From positions 1-64,000 of the forward strand of contig CAVWIH010000010.1 of assembly GCA_963755025.1 (NCBI GenBank): DNA of 64,000 nucleotides. The letters run 5' to 3'. Below are positions 19,151-31,542 of the stretch, piece after piece (position 1 is the stretch's first letter; every line of letters starts with the position of its first letter). Source of the stretch: an uncultured Actinomycetes bacterium. GTDB taxonomy: Bacteria > Actinomycetota > Thermoleophilia > UBA2241. The notes beneath the pieces are model-generated. The model did not search any database and had not been told where the DNA came from. It was given only the letters and a program-made list of their open reading frames with translations. The position numbers and the translations under genes are program-made.

Positions 19151-19995
19151 GCGCGGGCCTGTTCGACACGGCGCTGCGCGCGGCCGCCCACGACGTCGCC
19201 CGGCGCGCGCTCGCCGAAGACCTCGCCGGTTTCGGCGACCTCGCCGGACGCGCCTTCACCGCGCCCGGACGGGCGCGGGTCGAGGCGCGCGCCGACGGCG
19301 TCCTGTCGGGCGTCGCCGTCTTCGCCGAAGCCGCCCGCCTGGTCGACCCCGAGCTCGCCGTCGAGTTCTCCTGCGGGGCCGGCGCACCCTTTGCGAGCGG
19401 CGCCACGCTGGCCACGCTCGCCGGCCGCCTGTCGAGTATCCTCGCTCTCGAGCGCACCGGCCTCAATCTGCTGGCCCGGCTGTCGGGTGTGGCCACGATC
19501 ACGGCGCGCTACGTGGCTCAGACGGCCGGCACGACGGCCGTGATCGCCGGCACGCGCAAGACCACGCCCGGGCTGCGCGCCCTCGAAAAGCAGGCCATCG
19601 TCGACGGCGGCGGCAGCCCGCACCGCTTCGGGCTGTTCGACGGCGCCATGGTCAAGGACAACCACGTGGCCGCGGCGGGCGGCCTGCCGGCGGCCGTGGC
19701 CGCCGTGCGCGGCGGCCTCTCGCACGCGCACCTGCTCGAGGTCGAGGTCGACACCCTCGAGCAGCTCGACCAGGCGCTGGCCGCCGGCGTGCCGGTCGTC
19801 CTGCTCGACAACATGGACGTCGCCACCGTGCGCGCGGCGGTGAGTCGCACCGCGGGCCGCGCCGTGCTCGAGGTCTCCGGCGGCGTCACGCTCGACACGG
19901 TGGCCGCCTATGCCGCCACCGGCGTCGCCGTGATCTCGGTGGGCGCCCTCACCACCGCGGCGCCCTGGATCGACCTCAGCCTGGTGGTCGACTGA
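19147..19995 (+). CDS. nadC: Quinolinate phosphoribosyltransferase
   Basis: TRKTTPGLR, HRFGLFD..MVKDNH, EVEVD, LLDNM and EVSGG. Confidence 0.95.
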   Translation: MSAGLFDTALRAAAHDVARRALAEDLAGFGDLAGRAFTAPGRARVEARADGVLSGVAVFAEAARLVDPELAVEFSCGAGAPFASGATLATLAGRLSSILALERTGLNLLARLSGVATITARYVAQTAGTTAVIAGTRKTTPGLRALEKQAIVDGGGSPHRFGLFDGAMVKDNHVAAAGGLPAAVAAVRGGLSHAHLLEVEVDTLEQLDQALAAGVPVVLLDNMDVATVRAAVSRTAGRAVLEVSGGVTLDTVAAYAATGVAVISVGALTTAAPWIDLSLVVD

Positions 19996-19996
19996 C

Positions 19997-20770
19997 GTGC
20001 TGCTCATCGTCGACGTCGGCAACACGCAGACCGTCATCGCCTTGAGCGAGGGCGGCGTCATCGCGCACGACTGGCGCATCGCCACCGTGCGCCACCGCAC
20101 CGCCGACGAGATCGCCGGCCTGCTGCAGGGCTTCTTCAGCCTGCTGGGCGAGCGCGTCAAGGAGCTGGTCGACGAGGTGGCCATCGCCTCGGTCGTGCCG
20201 CGCCTCACGGCGCAGTGGGTGACGATGAGCGAGAAGCACCTCGGCCTCACGCCGTTCGTGCTGGGGCCCGGCGTGCGCACCGGCATCCGCCTCATGGTCA
20301 AGAACCCGGCCGAGATCGGCGCCGACCGTATCGCCAACGCGGTCGCCGGCCTCGAGACTTACGGCGCGCCGGTGATCGTCGTCGACTTCGGCACCTCGAC
20401 CAACTTCGACGTGGTCGACTCGGGCGGCGACTACGTGGGCGGCGCCATCGCGCCCGGCGTCGAGGTCTCCATGGAGGCGCTCACCACGCGCGCCGCCCGC
20501 CTCATCAACATCGAGGTCAGCGAACCCGGCCGCGCCATCGGCCGCGACACCACCGAAGCCATGCAGTCGGGCGCCATCTACGGTTTCACCGGTCAGGTCG
20601 ACGGCATCGCCGAGGCCATCCGCGCCGAGCTCGGCGTCGCCGCCCCGGTGATCGCCACCGGCGGCCTCGCGGTGCTGATCGCGCCCCACAGCCGCACCAT
20701 CTCGGCGGTCGACCGGCAGCTCACCGTGCGCGGCATCGAGCTGGTGCTGCGCCGCCAGCAAGCCCACTGA
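19997..20770 (+). CDS. coaX: Type III pantothenate kinase
   Basis: DVGNT, SVVP, GADR, VVDFGT and GGAIAPG. Confidence 0.96.
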   Translation: MLLIVDVGNTQTVIALSEGGVIAHDWRIATVRHRTADEIAGLLQGFFSLLGERVKELVDEVAIASVVPRLTAQWVTMSEKHLGLTPFVLGPGVRTGIRLMVKNPAEIGADRIANAVAGLETYGAPVIVVDFGTSTNFDVVDSGGDYVGGAIAPGVEVSMEALTTRAARLINIEVSEPGRAIGRDTTEAMQSGAIYGFTGQVDGIAEAIRAELGVAAPVIATGGLAVLIAPHSRTISAVDRQLTVRGIELVLRRQQAH

Positions 20771-20807
20771 CGGCCCGCCGCCGGGCCGCCTCGTAGCCAC
20801 GGACGAC

Positions 20808-21788
20808 TTGCGCGACAGGCTGCTGCAGCCCCTGGCGATCGGCGCCCTGCGCCTCGACCGCCGCCTGCTCATGGCGCCCATGGCCGGTATCAGCGCGTGC
20901 GCCTTCCGGCGCTCGGTGCGGCGCTTCGGGGCCGGCCTCGTCTTCACCGAGATGATCTCGGCCCACGGCATCGTGCACGACAACCGGCGCACCGCGGCCT
21001 ACCTGGCTTGCGGTCCCGACGAGCACCCCATCGGCTTTCAGCTCTTCGCCGCCGAGCCGGCGGCCCTGGCTCACGCCGCGCGCGCCGCCCTCACCGCGGG
21101 CGCCGACCTGATCGACCTCAACATGGCCTGCCCGGTGCGCAAGGTCATGAAGACCGGCGCCGGAGCGGCCCTGCTGGGCACGCCCGCGCTGGCTGTGGCC
21201 TGCCTGCAGGCGGTCGTCGCCGAGGTCGCCGGCGAGGTCCCGGTGACCGTGAAGATCCGCAGCGAAGTGCGCGGCGGCGACGAGGCGGGGCGCCGCCTGG
21301 CGCCCCGCCTCGTCGCCGCCGGCGCCGCCGCCATCTGCCTGCACCCGCGCTCCGCCGGCCAGCTCTACCGCGGCCTGGCCGACCACGCCGTCACGCTGGC
21401 CCTGGCCGGCGAGCTGCCCGTGCCGGTGATCGCCTCGGGCGACATCGCCGCCGTGGGCGCCGACGGCGTGGTCGACCGCGCCTTGAGCGCGCGCCTGCTC
21501 GACGGCGGCGTGGCCGCCGTCATGGTGGCGCGCGCCGCGCTGGGGCGCCCGTGGGTGTTCGGCGAGCTGCTCGACGGCGAGGGCGCGCCGCCGCTCGACG
21601 AGCGACGGCGCGCCCTCGCCCTGTTCGCCGGCGAGGCAGTGGCCGAGATGGGCGCGCGCGCGGTCGGCTATCTGCGCCGCTTCTGGCCGCGCTTTCGGCG
21701 CAGCGGCGCGCTCGACGCGGCCCTCGCCGCGCGCCTCATGGCGGCCGCCGATGTGGCGACTATTCTGAGGCTCGTACGGGCAGATTGA
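20808..21788 (+). CDS. dusB: tRNA-dihydrouridine synthase (DusB-like)
   Basis: APMAG, TEMIS, DLNMACP, VTVKIR, HPR, SGDI and ARAALGRPW. Confidence 0.88.
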   Translation: MRDRLLQPLAIGALRLDRRLLMAPMAGISACAFRRSVRRFGAGLVFTEMISAHGIVHDNRRTAAYLACGPDEHPIGFQLFAAEPAALAHAARAALTAGADLIDLNMACPVRKVMKTGAGAALLGTPALAVACLQAVVAEVAGEVPVTVKIRSEVRGGDEAGRRLAPRLVAAGAAAICLHPRSAGQLYRGLADHAVTLALAGELPVPVIASGDIAAVGADGVVDRALSARLLDGGVAAVMVARAALGRPWVFGELLDGEGAPPLDERRRALALFAGEAVAEMGARAVGYLRRFWPRFRRSGALDAALAARLMAAADVATILRLVRAD

Positions 21789-21909
21789 GGCTGAGCAGGC
21801 CGCCCGCCACGGTGAAGTGGCGCACGACCGGAGAAAGCCCTATACTACGTCTCTTATTCGGGCCTGCGTGTTGCAGCGGCCCGTTTCGTCGTAAGGAAAG
21901 GAAGCCATC

Positions 21910-22389
21910 GTGCCGGAAAGAGAGATCATCCTCACTCCCGGGGGGTACCGGCGCCTGAAGGACGAGATCGAGTACCTCTCCACCAAGAAGCGCGAAGAGG
22001 TGGCCGATCGCATCAAAGAGGCCCGCTACTTCGGCGACATCAGCGAGAACTCCGAATACGACGACGCCAAGAACGAGCAGGCCATGCTCGAGCAGCGCAT
22101 CTTCGCCCTCGAAGACAAGCTGCGCTCGGCAATCGTGATCGACGAAAAAGACATCAAGACCGACGTCGTGGGCGTGGGCACCAAGGTCACCATCCAGGAC
22201 GTCGCCCGCGGCGAGGTCGTGCAGTACTCGATCGTGGGGTCCGCCGAGGCCGATCCCAGCGAGCGCAAGCTCTCCAACGAGTCGCCGGTCGGCAACGCCA
22301 TCATGGGCCACAAGCCCGGCGAGGTCATCTCGGTGCGCGCGCCGCGCGGCGAGATCAAGCTCAAGATCATCGACATCGAGCGGGCGTAG
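21910..22389 (+). CDS. greA: Transcription elongation factor GreA
   Basis: GDISENSEY, EADP and SNESPVG. Confidence 0.97.
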   Translation: MPEREIILTPGGYRRLKDEIEYLSTKKREEVADRIKEARYFGDISENSEYDDAKNEQAMLEQRIFALEDKLRSAIVIDEKDIKTDVVGVGTKVTIQDVARGEVVQYSIVGSAEADPSERKLSNESPVGNAIMGHKPGEVISVRAPRGEIKLKIIDIERA

Positions 22390-22405
22390 GGCCACGGCGC
22401 CGGTC

Positions 22406-23917
22406 ATGGCCGACGACGTCCAGCCGCTCGGCGCAGCCGACGACCAGCCCCTCGGCGCGACCCAGGAACGGCGCGGCAAGCTCGCGCGCCTGCGGGAGCA
22501 CGGCGTCGATGCCTTTCCCACGCGCTTCGACAGCCGCGACGAGATCGGCTCGTTGCACGAGCGCTTCGACTCGCTCGAAGCCGAAGCCGAAGCGCCCGGC
22601 ACCTTCCGCGTGGCCGGCCGCGTCATGTCGCGCCGCGAGCACGGCAAGCTTGCCTTTCTCACCATCAAGGACGGCTCCGGACACCTGCAGCTGTTCGCCA
22701 AGCTCGACGCCCTGGGCGCCGAGGCGTTCCAGGGCCTGCTCGACGTCGACATCGGCGACTTCGTGGGCGCCGAGGGTACGGTGCTCAAGACGCGGCGCGG
22801 CGAGCTTTCGCTGCGGCCCGTCTCCTGGCAGTTCCTTTCAAAGGCGCTGCGCCCGCTGCCCGAAAAGTTCCACGGCCTGACCGACGTCGAGACGCGCTAT
22901 CGCCGGCGCTACCTCGACACCATCGTCAACGACGATTCTCGCGAAGTCTTCGTCAAGCGCGCCCGCATCATCGCCGCCGTCCGCCGCTACCTCGACGAGC
23001 GCAGCTTCGTCGAAGTCGAGACGCCCATCCTGCAGCCGCTCTACGGCGGCGCCATGGCGCGGCCCTTCGTCACCCATCACAACGAGCTCAAGCGCGACCT
23101 CTACCTGCGCATCGCCGTCGAGCTCTACCTCAAGCGCTGCATCATCGGCGGCATCGACCGCGTCTACGAGATCGGCCGCAACTTCCGCAACGAGGGCGTG
23201 AGCTTCAAGCACAACCCCGAGTTCACCATGCTCGAGACCTACGAGGCCTACGTCGACTACAACCATGTCATGACCCACGTCGAAGAGCTCGTGGGCGCCG
23301 CCGCCTCGGCCATCGGCAGCCTCACCACCAGCTTCCGCGGCCACGAGATCGACCTGCGCCCGCCGTGGCCCCGCATCACCATGCGCCAGGCCATCCTCGA
23401 CGGCAGCGGCATCGACATCGCCGCCGACGACGTGCGCGACGTGGCCGGCCTGCAGGGCGCCATCAAGGCACGCGGGCTCGACGACACGGTGCCGCTCAAG
23501 CCCACCTGGGGCCAGCAGGTCGACGAGCTCTTCAGCGAGACCGTCGAACCCAACCTCATCCAGCCGGTGTTCATCACCGAATACCCGCTCGAGATCAGCC
23601 CCTTCGCCAAGAAGACGCCGCACGACCCGCGCTTCGTTGAGCGCTTCGAGGGCTTCATCGGCGGCATGGAGAGCTCCAACGGCTTCAGCGAGTTGAACGA
23701 CGCCGACGACCAGCGCGAGCGCTTCATGACGCAGCTCGAGGCCTTCGACGCCGGCGACGAAGAGGCCCATCAGCTCGACGAAGACTTCCTCGAGGCCATG
23801 GAGCACGGCATGCCGCCCACCGGCGGCGTGGGCATCGGCATCGACCGCCTCATCATGGTGCTCACCGACTCCGCCTCCATACGCGACGTGATCCTCTTTC
23901 CGCAGCTGCGCGGTTAA
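22406..23917 (+). CDS. lysS: Lysyl-tRNA synthetase class II
   Basis: LRPLPEKFHGL, FRNEG, HNPEFT and GMPPTGG.GIGIDRL. Confidence 0.97.
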   Translation: MADDVQPLGAADDQPLGATQERRGKLARLREHGVDAFPTRFDSRDEIGSLHERFDSLEAEAEAPGTFRVAGRVMSRREHGKLAFLTIKDGSGHLQLFAKLDALGAEAFQGLLDVDIGDFVGAEGTVLKTRRGELSLRPVSWQFLSKALRPLPEKFHGLTDVETRYRRRYLDTIVNDDSREVFVKRARIIAAVRRYLDERSFVEVETPILQPLYGGAMARPFVTHHNELKRDLYLRIAVELYLKRCIIGGIDRVYEIGRNFRNEGVSFKHNPEFTMLETYEAYVDYNHVMTHVEELVGAAASAIGSLTTSFRGHEIDLRPPWPRITMRQAILDGSGIDIAADDVRDVAGLQGAIKARGLDDTVPLKPTWGQQVDELFSETVEPNLIQPVFITEYPLEISPFAKKTPHDPRFVERFEGFIGGMESSNGFSELNDADDQRERFMTQLEAFDAGDEEAHQLDEDFLEAMEHGMPPTGGVGIGIDRLIMVLTDSASIRDVILFPQLRG

Positions 23918-23994
23918 CCGGCGCCGGCGGCCCCTGCCGCGGCCCGTCATCGCCAGCTGCCTGTTTGACCTCGGCCGTGCCGAGGAACAAGACA

Positions 23995-24045
23995 GTCCGC
24001 CTCTCGCGAACGTCGGCCCCTCGTGAACGTTCGTCTCTTGCGAAC
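23995..24045 (+). promoter_or_regulatory. Three abutting ClgR-like boxes upstream of clpC
   Basis: GTCCGC-N5-GCGAAC, GTCGGC-N5-GTGAAC and GTTCGT-N5-GCGAAC, compared with the Streptomyces ClgR motif GTTCGC-N5-GCG. Confidence 0.6.
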
Positions 24046-24128
24046 GTCATCCCGGGCGATCGGGCGAAAGGTCGCAGCGCCGTGGGAATCGGGTAACATA
24101 CGAAGGAACCCCGCTAGGAGGATCAAGC

Positions 24129-26693
<2,565 letters not shown>

Positions 26694-26712
26694 ACCGGGG
26701 CCGTCGGCCGGG

Positions 26713-28152
26713 GTGCCGCGCAAAGACCACGTCGTTTTCACTTGTGGCCAGTGCGGGCGCCACGAAGCGCGCTGGGCCGGGCGCTGCCCCGATTGCGGCG
26801 CCTGGAACTCGTTCACCGAAGAGATCGTGAAAGGCGTGACGGCGGGCAGGGGCGGCACAGCCGCCCCTGCCCGCCGTCGTTCTCAGCTCGACGGCGGGGC
26901 CGCGGTGCGCCCCCTGTCGAGCTTCACCTCGTCGGCCGACGACCGCTTCACGAGCGGTATTCCCGAGCTCGACCGCGTGCTCGGCGGCGGCGTGGTGCCG
27001 GGCTCGCTCGTGCTGGTCGGCGGCGAGCCAGGCATCGGCAAGTCCACGCTGCTGCTCCAGGTGCTCGACGCGGTCGGCGCCCAGGGCGTCGAGCGCCCGG
27101 TCATGCTGGTCTGCGGCGAAGAGTCGCCCGCCCAGGTCCGCATGCGCGCCGAACGGGTCTGCACAAACCCGGGCGCCATCCAGGTGCTCGCCGAGACCGA
27201 GCTCGAGACCATCCTCGAAGCGCTCGACCAGCACCGTCCCGCGCTCGTCGTGATCGACTCCATCCAGACCCTCTACAACGACGAGCTGTCGTCGGCTCCG
27301 GGCAGCGTGAGCCAGGTGCGCGAAGCCACCTCGCGCTTTCTGCGCTACGCCAAAGAGAGCGGCACCGCCGTGTTCCTGGTGGGCCACGTCACCAAAGACG
27401 GCGCCATCGCCGGCCCCCGGGTGCTCGAGCACATGGTCGACACCGTGCTGCAGTTCGAAGGCGACCGCAACCGCTTCTTTCGCCTGCTGCGCGCCGTCAA
27501 GAATCGCTTCGGCTCCACCAACGAGCTCGGTGTCTTCGAGATGGGCGAGAAGGGCCTCGAAGCGGTCGCCGATCCCTCCGCCATCTTCCTGGCCGAACGC
27601 GGCGCGGCGGGCTCGTGCGTGCACATCGCGGTCGAGGGCACGCGCTGCTTTCTGGTCGAGGTGCAGGCTCTGGTCAACCCTACCGACCTCGCCCTGCCGC
27701 GGCGCCTGGCGACCGGGTTCGACCGCAACCGTCTGGCCATGATCGTGGCCGTTCTGGCCCGTCATGCGCGCCTCACTTTGGCAAGTGCCGACGTTTTTGT
27801 TAACATAGTCGGCGGGGTGCGCATCGAAGAACCTGCGGCCGATCTGGCCGTGGCTCTCGCAGTGGCATCTGCCGAACGAGGCGTCGCGCTTGCGAGCAAC
27901 GCCGCTGTGTTCGGCGAGATCGGCCTTACGGGAGAGCTGCGATCGACCGGGCAACCGGAGCGGCGGGTCGCCGAAGCCACCAAAGTGGGCTTCGAGACCG
28001 TGCTCATGCCGATGGCCGATGCCCGGCGACTGCGAAACGGGGCCCGGGTGGAGGGTGTCGGCAGTCTGAGGGACGCGATCACCAAGGCCCTGTCGTCGCC
28101 CGACCAGCAACGGGGACGCCACCCACAGAACGAGACGCCGGGAGGTGGCTGA
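26713..28152 (+). CDS. radA: DNA repair protein RadA/Sms
   Basis: CxxC..CPxC zinc finger, GEPGIGKST, KNRFG and Lon-like C-terminus. Confidence 0.96.
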   Translation: MPRKDHVVFTCGQCGRHEARWAGRCPDCGAWNSFTEEIVKGVTAGRGGTAAPARRRSQLDGGAAVRPLSSFTSSADDRFTSGIPELDRVLGGGVVPGSLVLVGGEPGIGKSTLLLQVLDAVGAQGVERPVMLVCGEESPAQVRMRAERVCTNPGAIQVLAETELETILEALDQHRPALVVIDSIQTLYNDELSSAPGSVSQVREATSRFLRYAKESGTAVFLVGHVTKDGAIAGPRVLEHMVDTVLQFEGDRNRFFRLLRAVKNRFGSTNELGVFEMGEKGLEAVADPSAIFLAERGAAGSCVHIAVEGTRCFLVEVQALVNPTDLALPRRLATGFDRNRLAMIVAVLARHARLTLASADVFVNIVGGVRIEEPAADLAVALAVASAERGVALASNAAVFGEIGLTGELRSTGQPERRVAEATKVGFETVLMPMADARRLRNGARVEGVGSLRDAITKALSSPDQQRGRHPQNETPGGG

Positions 28153-28154
28153 GC

Positions 28155-28709
28155 TTGTACAGAGTCGGCGATAAGGTCGTCTACCCGCACCACGGTGCGG
28201 GCAAGATCATGAAGATCGAGGACATGGAAGTCCGCGGTCAGCTGCGCGAGTACCTCACCATCCAGATCCTGCACAACGACATGACCGTCATGGTCCCCGT
28301 CGACTCCGCCGACCGCGCGGGTCTGCGCAAGGTCGTCGCCTCCGACGTCGTCGACGACGTTCTCGCCGTGCTGCACGGCAACCCCACGAAGATGCCCAAG
28401 AACTGGAGCCGTCGCTACAAGCACAACCGCGACAAGCTGAAGACGGGCGACATCTTCGAGGTCGCCGAAGTCGTGCGCAACCTCGCCATCCGCCACTGCG
28501 ACAAGGGTCTGTCGACCGGCGAGAAGCAGATGTTCTCGAAGGCCAAGAAGATCCTGGCGAGCGAGCTCATGTACGCACGCGACATGAACGAGGAGCAGGC
28601 CAACGCCTTCCTCGACACGGTCCTCGACGAAGTCGGCGCCGCCGGCGCGGTGGCGCCCATCGACGCACCCGATCTCGCCGAAGTCGCCGAGGCTGCACCC
28701 GTCGCCTGA
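28155..28709 (+). CDS. carD: CarD transcription factor
   Basis: VGDKVVYPHHGAG, NWSRRY and KLKTGD. Confidence 0.96.
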   Translation: MYRVGDKVVYPHHGAGKIMKIEDMEVRGQLREYLTIQILHNDMTVMVPVDSADRAGLRKVVASDVVDDVLAVLHGNPTKMPKNWSRRYKHNRDKLKTGDIFEVAEVVRNLAIRHCDKGLSTGEKQMFSKAKKILASELMYARDMNEEQANAFLDTVLDEVGAAGAVAPIDAPDLAEVAEAAPVA

Positions 28710-28875
28710 GCGTCACGGCGCCCGACGTCGCCGGCCGGCAGGTCGGTGCGCGCCCTCTCCACCGTGCTGCCCGCGCGCTGTCTTCGCCGCTGCCGGCGCG
28801 CCTTCTTCGCCGCTGCCGGCTCGCCTTCTTCACCGTGCCCGGTGGGGGCCCACGTCGAACGGCCGGTCTTCACCG

Positions 28876-28959
28876 TGCCCGGCGCCGGTCCGCTCGCCCC
28901 GATACGGCTTCTCTCCCTGCCCGGCGCCGGTCCGCTCGCCCCAACACGGCTTCTCTCCC
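28876..28959. repeat. 42-bp tandem duplication in carD-ispD intergenic region
   Basis: TGCCCGGCGCCGGTCCGCTCGCCCC(GAT/AAC)ACGGCTTCTCTCCC occurs twice. Confidence 0.85.
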
Positions 28960-29271
28960 CGCTCCTCGTCCCGCCACCGCCGCGGGGCCCGCTCGGCTTG
29001 CCCCCTGCGCCTGCCCGACGGCTACGGTCACGGCTGCACCTCACGCCGATCCGGCTCGATCTTGCCGACCCGATGTGTCGCCCGAAGGCGCGAGCCCGGC
29101 CAGGGTGTAGGCTATCCCGGCGATGGCGCCACGATCGTGCTCGCAGACGGGTCGCACGGTGGTGGGCAGGTGCCGTCGGCGCCCGGACGGCAAGCGTGGT
29201 GCGCGATCTCGCGGGCAAGATGAACTGTGTAAAGGTCGTGGGGGCTTGACCCCCTGAAAGGTGGGAGTGAC

Positions 29272-29985
29272 GTGGTTTCAACGGGCGCAAAGGCCTGGGT
29301 GATCGTCGCGGCCGCCGGCGAAAGCCGGCGCATGGGACTGCCCGAGGGCGAGTCCAAGCAGTTCCTGCTCCTGGCGGGCGAGCCCATCATCTGCCACTCG
29401 GTGCGGCGCCTCACGGCGATCGACGAAGTGGCCGGCGTGGTCGTGGTGCTGCACCCGTCACACGTCGTGCGCTTCGCCGGCTTGCCCGACGTGGCCGATC
29501 AGGGCAAGCCGGTGCTCATCGCCGAAGGCGGTCGCGAACGCAGCGACTCGGTGCGCGCCGGCCTTGCCGTGGTGCCCGCCGACGCCGAGGTCATCGCCGT
29601 CCACGACGGCGCCCGGCCGCTGTTCGGCCGTCACGTCTTTCTCGACTGTCTCGCCGCGCTAGCCGACGCCGACGGCGCCGTGCCGGCGACGGCCGTCGTC
29701 GACACCCTCAAGCGGGCCGACGCCGGCGGCCGCGTGGCGCACACCGTCGATCGCCGCGAGCTGTGGGCGGCGCAGACCCCTCAGGTGTTCAGGGCGGCGG
29801 CCCTGCGGGCCGCCTACGCGGGCTCCGACGCGAGTGGCTCTACCGACGACGCCTCCGTGCTCGAGCGCGCCGGCGCCGGCGTGGTCGTCGTGCCCTCCAT
29901 CCAGGCGAACGTCAAGATCACGACGCCGGCCGACCTGCCGCTGGCCGGCGCCCTGCTTTCGTGGGAGACCGAGACTGACGTCTAG
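29272..29985 (+). CDS. ispD: 2-C-methyl-D-erythritol 4-phosphate cytidylyltransferase
   Basis: AAAGESRRMG, KQF, GGRERSDSV, VHDGARP, QTPQ, TDDAS and NVKITT. Confidence 0.94.
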   Translation: MVSTGAKAWVIVAAAGESRRMGLPEGESKQFLLLAGEPIICHSVRRLTAIDEVAGVVVVLHPSHVVRFAGLPDVADQGKPVLIAEGGRERSDSVRAGLAVVPADAEVIAVHDGARPLFGRHVFLDCLAALADADGAVPATAVVDTLKRADAGGRVAHTVDRRELWAAQTPQVFRAAALRAAYAGSDASGSTDDASVLERAGAGVVVVPSIQANVKITTPADLPLAGALLSWETETDV

Positions 29986-30475
29986 AGTCGGCATCGGCTT
30001 CGACGCGCACCGGTTCGCCGAGGGGCGCCGCCTCGTCCTGTGCGGGCTCGAGATCCCCTGCGACCGGGGGCTCGCCGGTCACTCCGACGCCGACGTCGCC
30101 ACCCACGCCGTGATCGACGCGGTGCTGGGCGCCGCCGGCATGGGCGACATCGGCGGGTTGTTCCCCGACACCGACCCGGCGTACGCGGGCGCCTCGAGCA
30201 TCGCCCTGCTGGACGACGTCATGACGCGGGTGGCGGGGGCGGGCTGGCAGGTCGTGAACGTCGACCTCGTGATCGTCGCCGAGCGTCCGCGTCTGGCGGC
30301 GCACCGCGCGCCCATGACCGCGCGGCTGGCGGCGGCGCTGAAGGTGGGGGACGACGCAGTCGGGGTCAAAGCGACGACCACCGAAGGCATGGGGTTCGAG
30401 GGCCGCGGCGAGGGCGTCTCGGCGACGGCCGTTTGTCTGCTGGAGCGGACTAGGCGCGCGACGCAGTCACGCTAG
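29975..30475 (+). CDS. ispF: MECDP synthase (no canonical start; probably C-terminal half of a fused IspDF)
   Basis: RVGIGFDAH, GHSDADV..HA..DA, GDIG..FP and KATTTEGMG..GRGEG. Confidence 0.92.
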   Translation: MTSRVGIGFDAHRFAEGRRLVLCGLEIPCDRGLAGHSDADVATHAVIDAVLGAAGMGDIGGLFPDTDPAYAGASSIALLDDVMTRVAGAGWQVVNVDLVIVAERPRLAAHRAPMTARLAAALKVGDDAVGVKATTTEGMGFEGRGEGVSATAVCLLERTRRATQSR

Positions 30476-30517
30476 CCTGAGCGACGACGACGAAGTCGTT
30501 TTGACAGGCCTGGGCGA

Positions 30518-30736
30518 TCAGGCGACGGGCGGCGCCGGAGGCGTCGCGTCGTCGGTCGACTTGTGCTCGAGCTGCTTGGGCGCTTCTTCGTCGGCGCCGT
30601 CCAGGCCGGTCTTGAAACCACGAATGCTCTGCCCGATCGACTTGCCGAGGCTGGGGATGCGCGACGCGCCGAACAGCAGCACGACGATCGCGAAGATGAT
30701 GCCCATTGTGACGGGGTTGAGGTCCACGGCGACCAT
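30518..30736 (-). CDS. tatA: Twin-arginine translocase TatA/E subunit
   Basis: IVVLLFGASRIPSLGKSIGQSIRGFK. Confidence 0.9.
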   Translation of the reverse strand: MVAVDLNPVTMGIIFAIVVLLFGASRIPSLGKSIGQSIRGFKTGLDGADEEAPKQLEHKSTDDATPPAPPVA

Positions 30737-30945
30737 GATGCTGTCCAATCTCTTCGTTAGCCTTAACAAAGTCCCGCGTACAGCGGAGGCGCCGGGGACG
30801 ACGCTGAAGACGCCGTGACCAGGCACCTCTGTCACTGTACGGGCTCGCGCCTCGACAATCAAGATTGGAAACGCCGCGCCGCCCGCTGGTAGTAGACTCT
30901 TGAGCCGTTGCTAGTCACCCGATCAGAAGCGGAGGCGGCGCCGGC

Positions 30946-31542
30946 ATGGAACACCTCACAGAGAGTCCCGACGGCCCCACGGTAGTGGCCGTCGTCGGCA
31001 GCCCGCGAGCCACGGGCAACACGTCGTACCTGGTCGACGTCGCCCTCGACGAGCTCGCGCGTCGCGGCGTGGCGGTCGAGAAGATCACCCTGGGCGAACA
31101 TCGCATCCTGCCCTGCGAGGGCCACGACGACTGCGCCGACTTCGGGGCCTGCCCGTTGAACGACGAAGCCGGCCCCATCCTCGAGCGCGTCTACGCGGCC
31201 GACGGGCTCATTTTCGCTACGCCGGTCTACTACGAGAACGTCTCGGGTCAGATGAAGCTCTTCATCGACCGCAACTGCTTCAACAACTATCACGAGATCT
31301 GGCTGCGGGCCCGCGCCGTGGGGCTGATCGCGGTCGCCGAGAGCACCGGCTTGGACGACGCCATCGACGGCCTGCGGCGCTACGTGTCGCTCGCGTGCGA
31401 CAAGAAGATCAAGCCGCTGTCGGTCTCGGGACTGGCCTACCGCGAAGGCGACGCCGCCGAGAACGCGGCCCTGGTCGCCGAGGTGCGCGACATGGCGCAG
31501 GCCATCGCGGCGGCGCTGCGCCCCGACGCGGCGAGCGCTTAA
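30946..31542 (+). CDS. Iron-sulfur flavoprotein / NADPH-dependent FMN reductase family
   Basis: GSPRATGNT, PCEGHDDC.....C, ATPVYY and MKLFIDR. Confidence 0.88.
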   Translation: MEHLTESPDGPTVVAVVGSPRATGNTSYLVDVALDELARRGVAVEKITLGEHRILPCEGHDDCADFGACPLNDEAGPILERVYAADGLIFATPVYYENVSGQMKLFIDRNCFNNYHEIWLRARAVGLIAVAESTGLDDAIDGLRRYVSLACDKKIKPLSVSGLAYREGDAAENAALVAEVRDMAQAIAAALRPDAASA

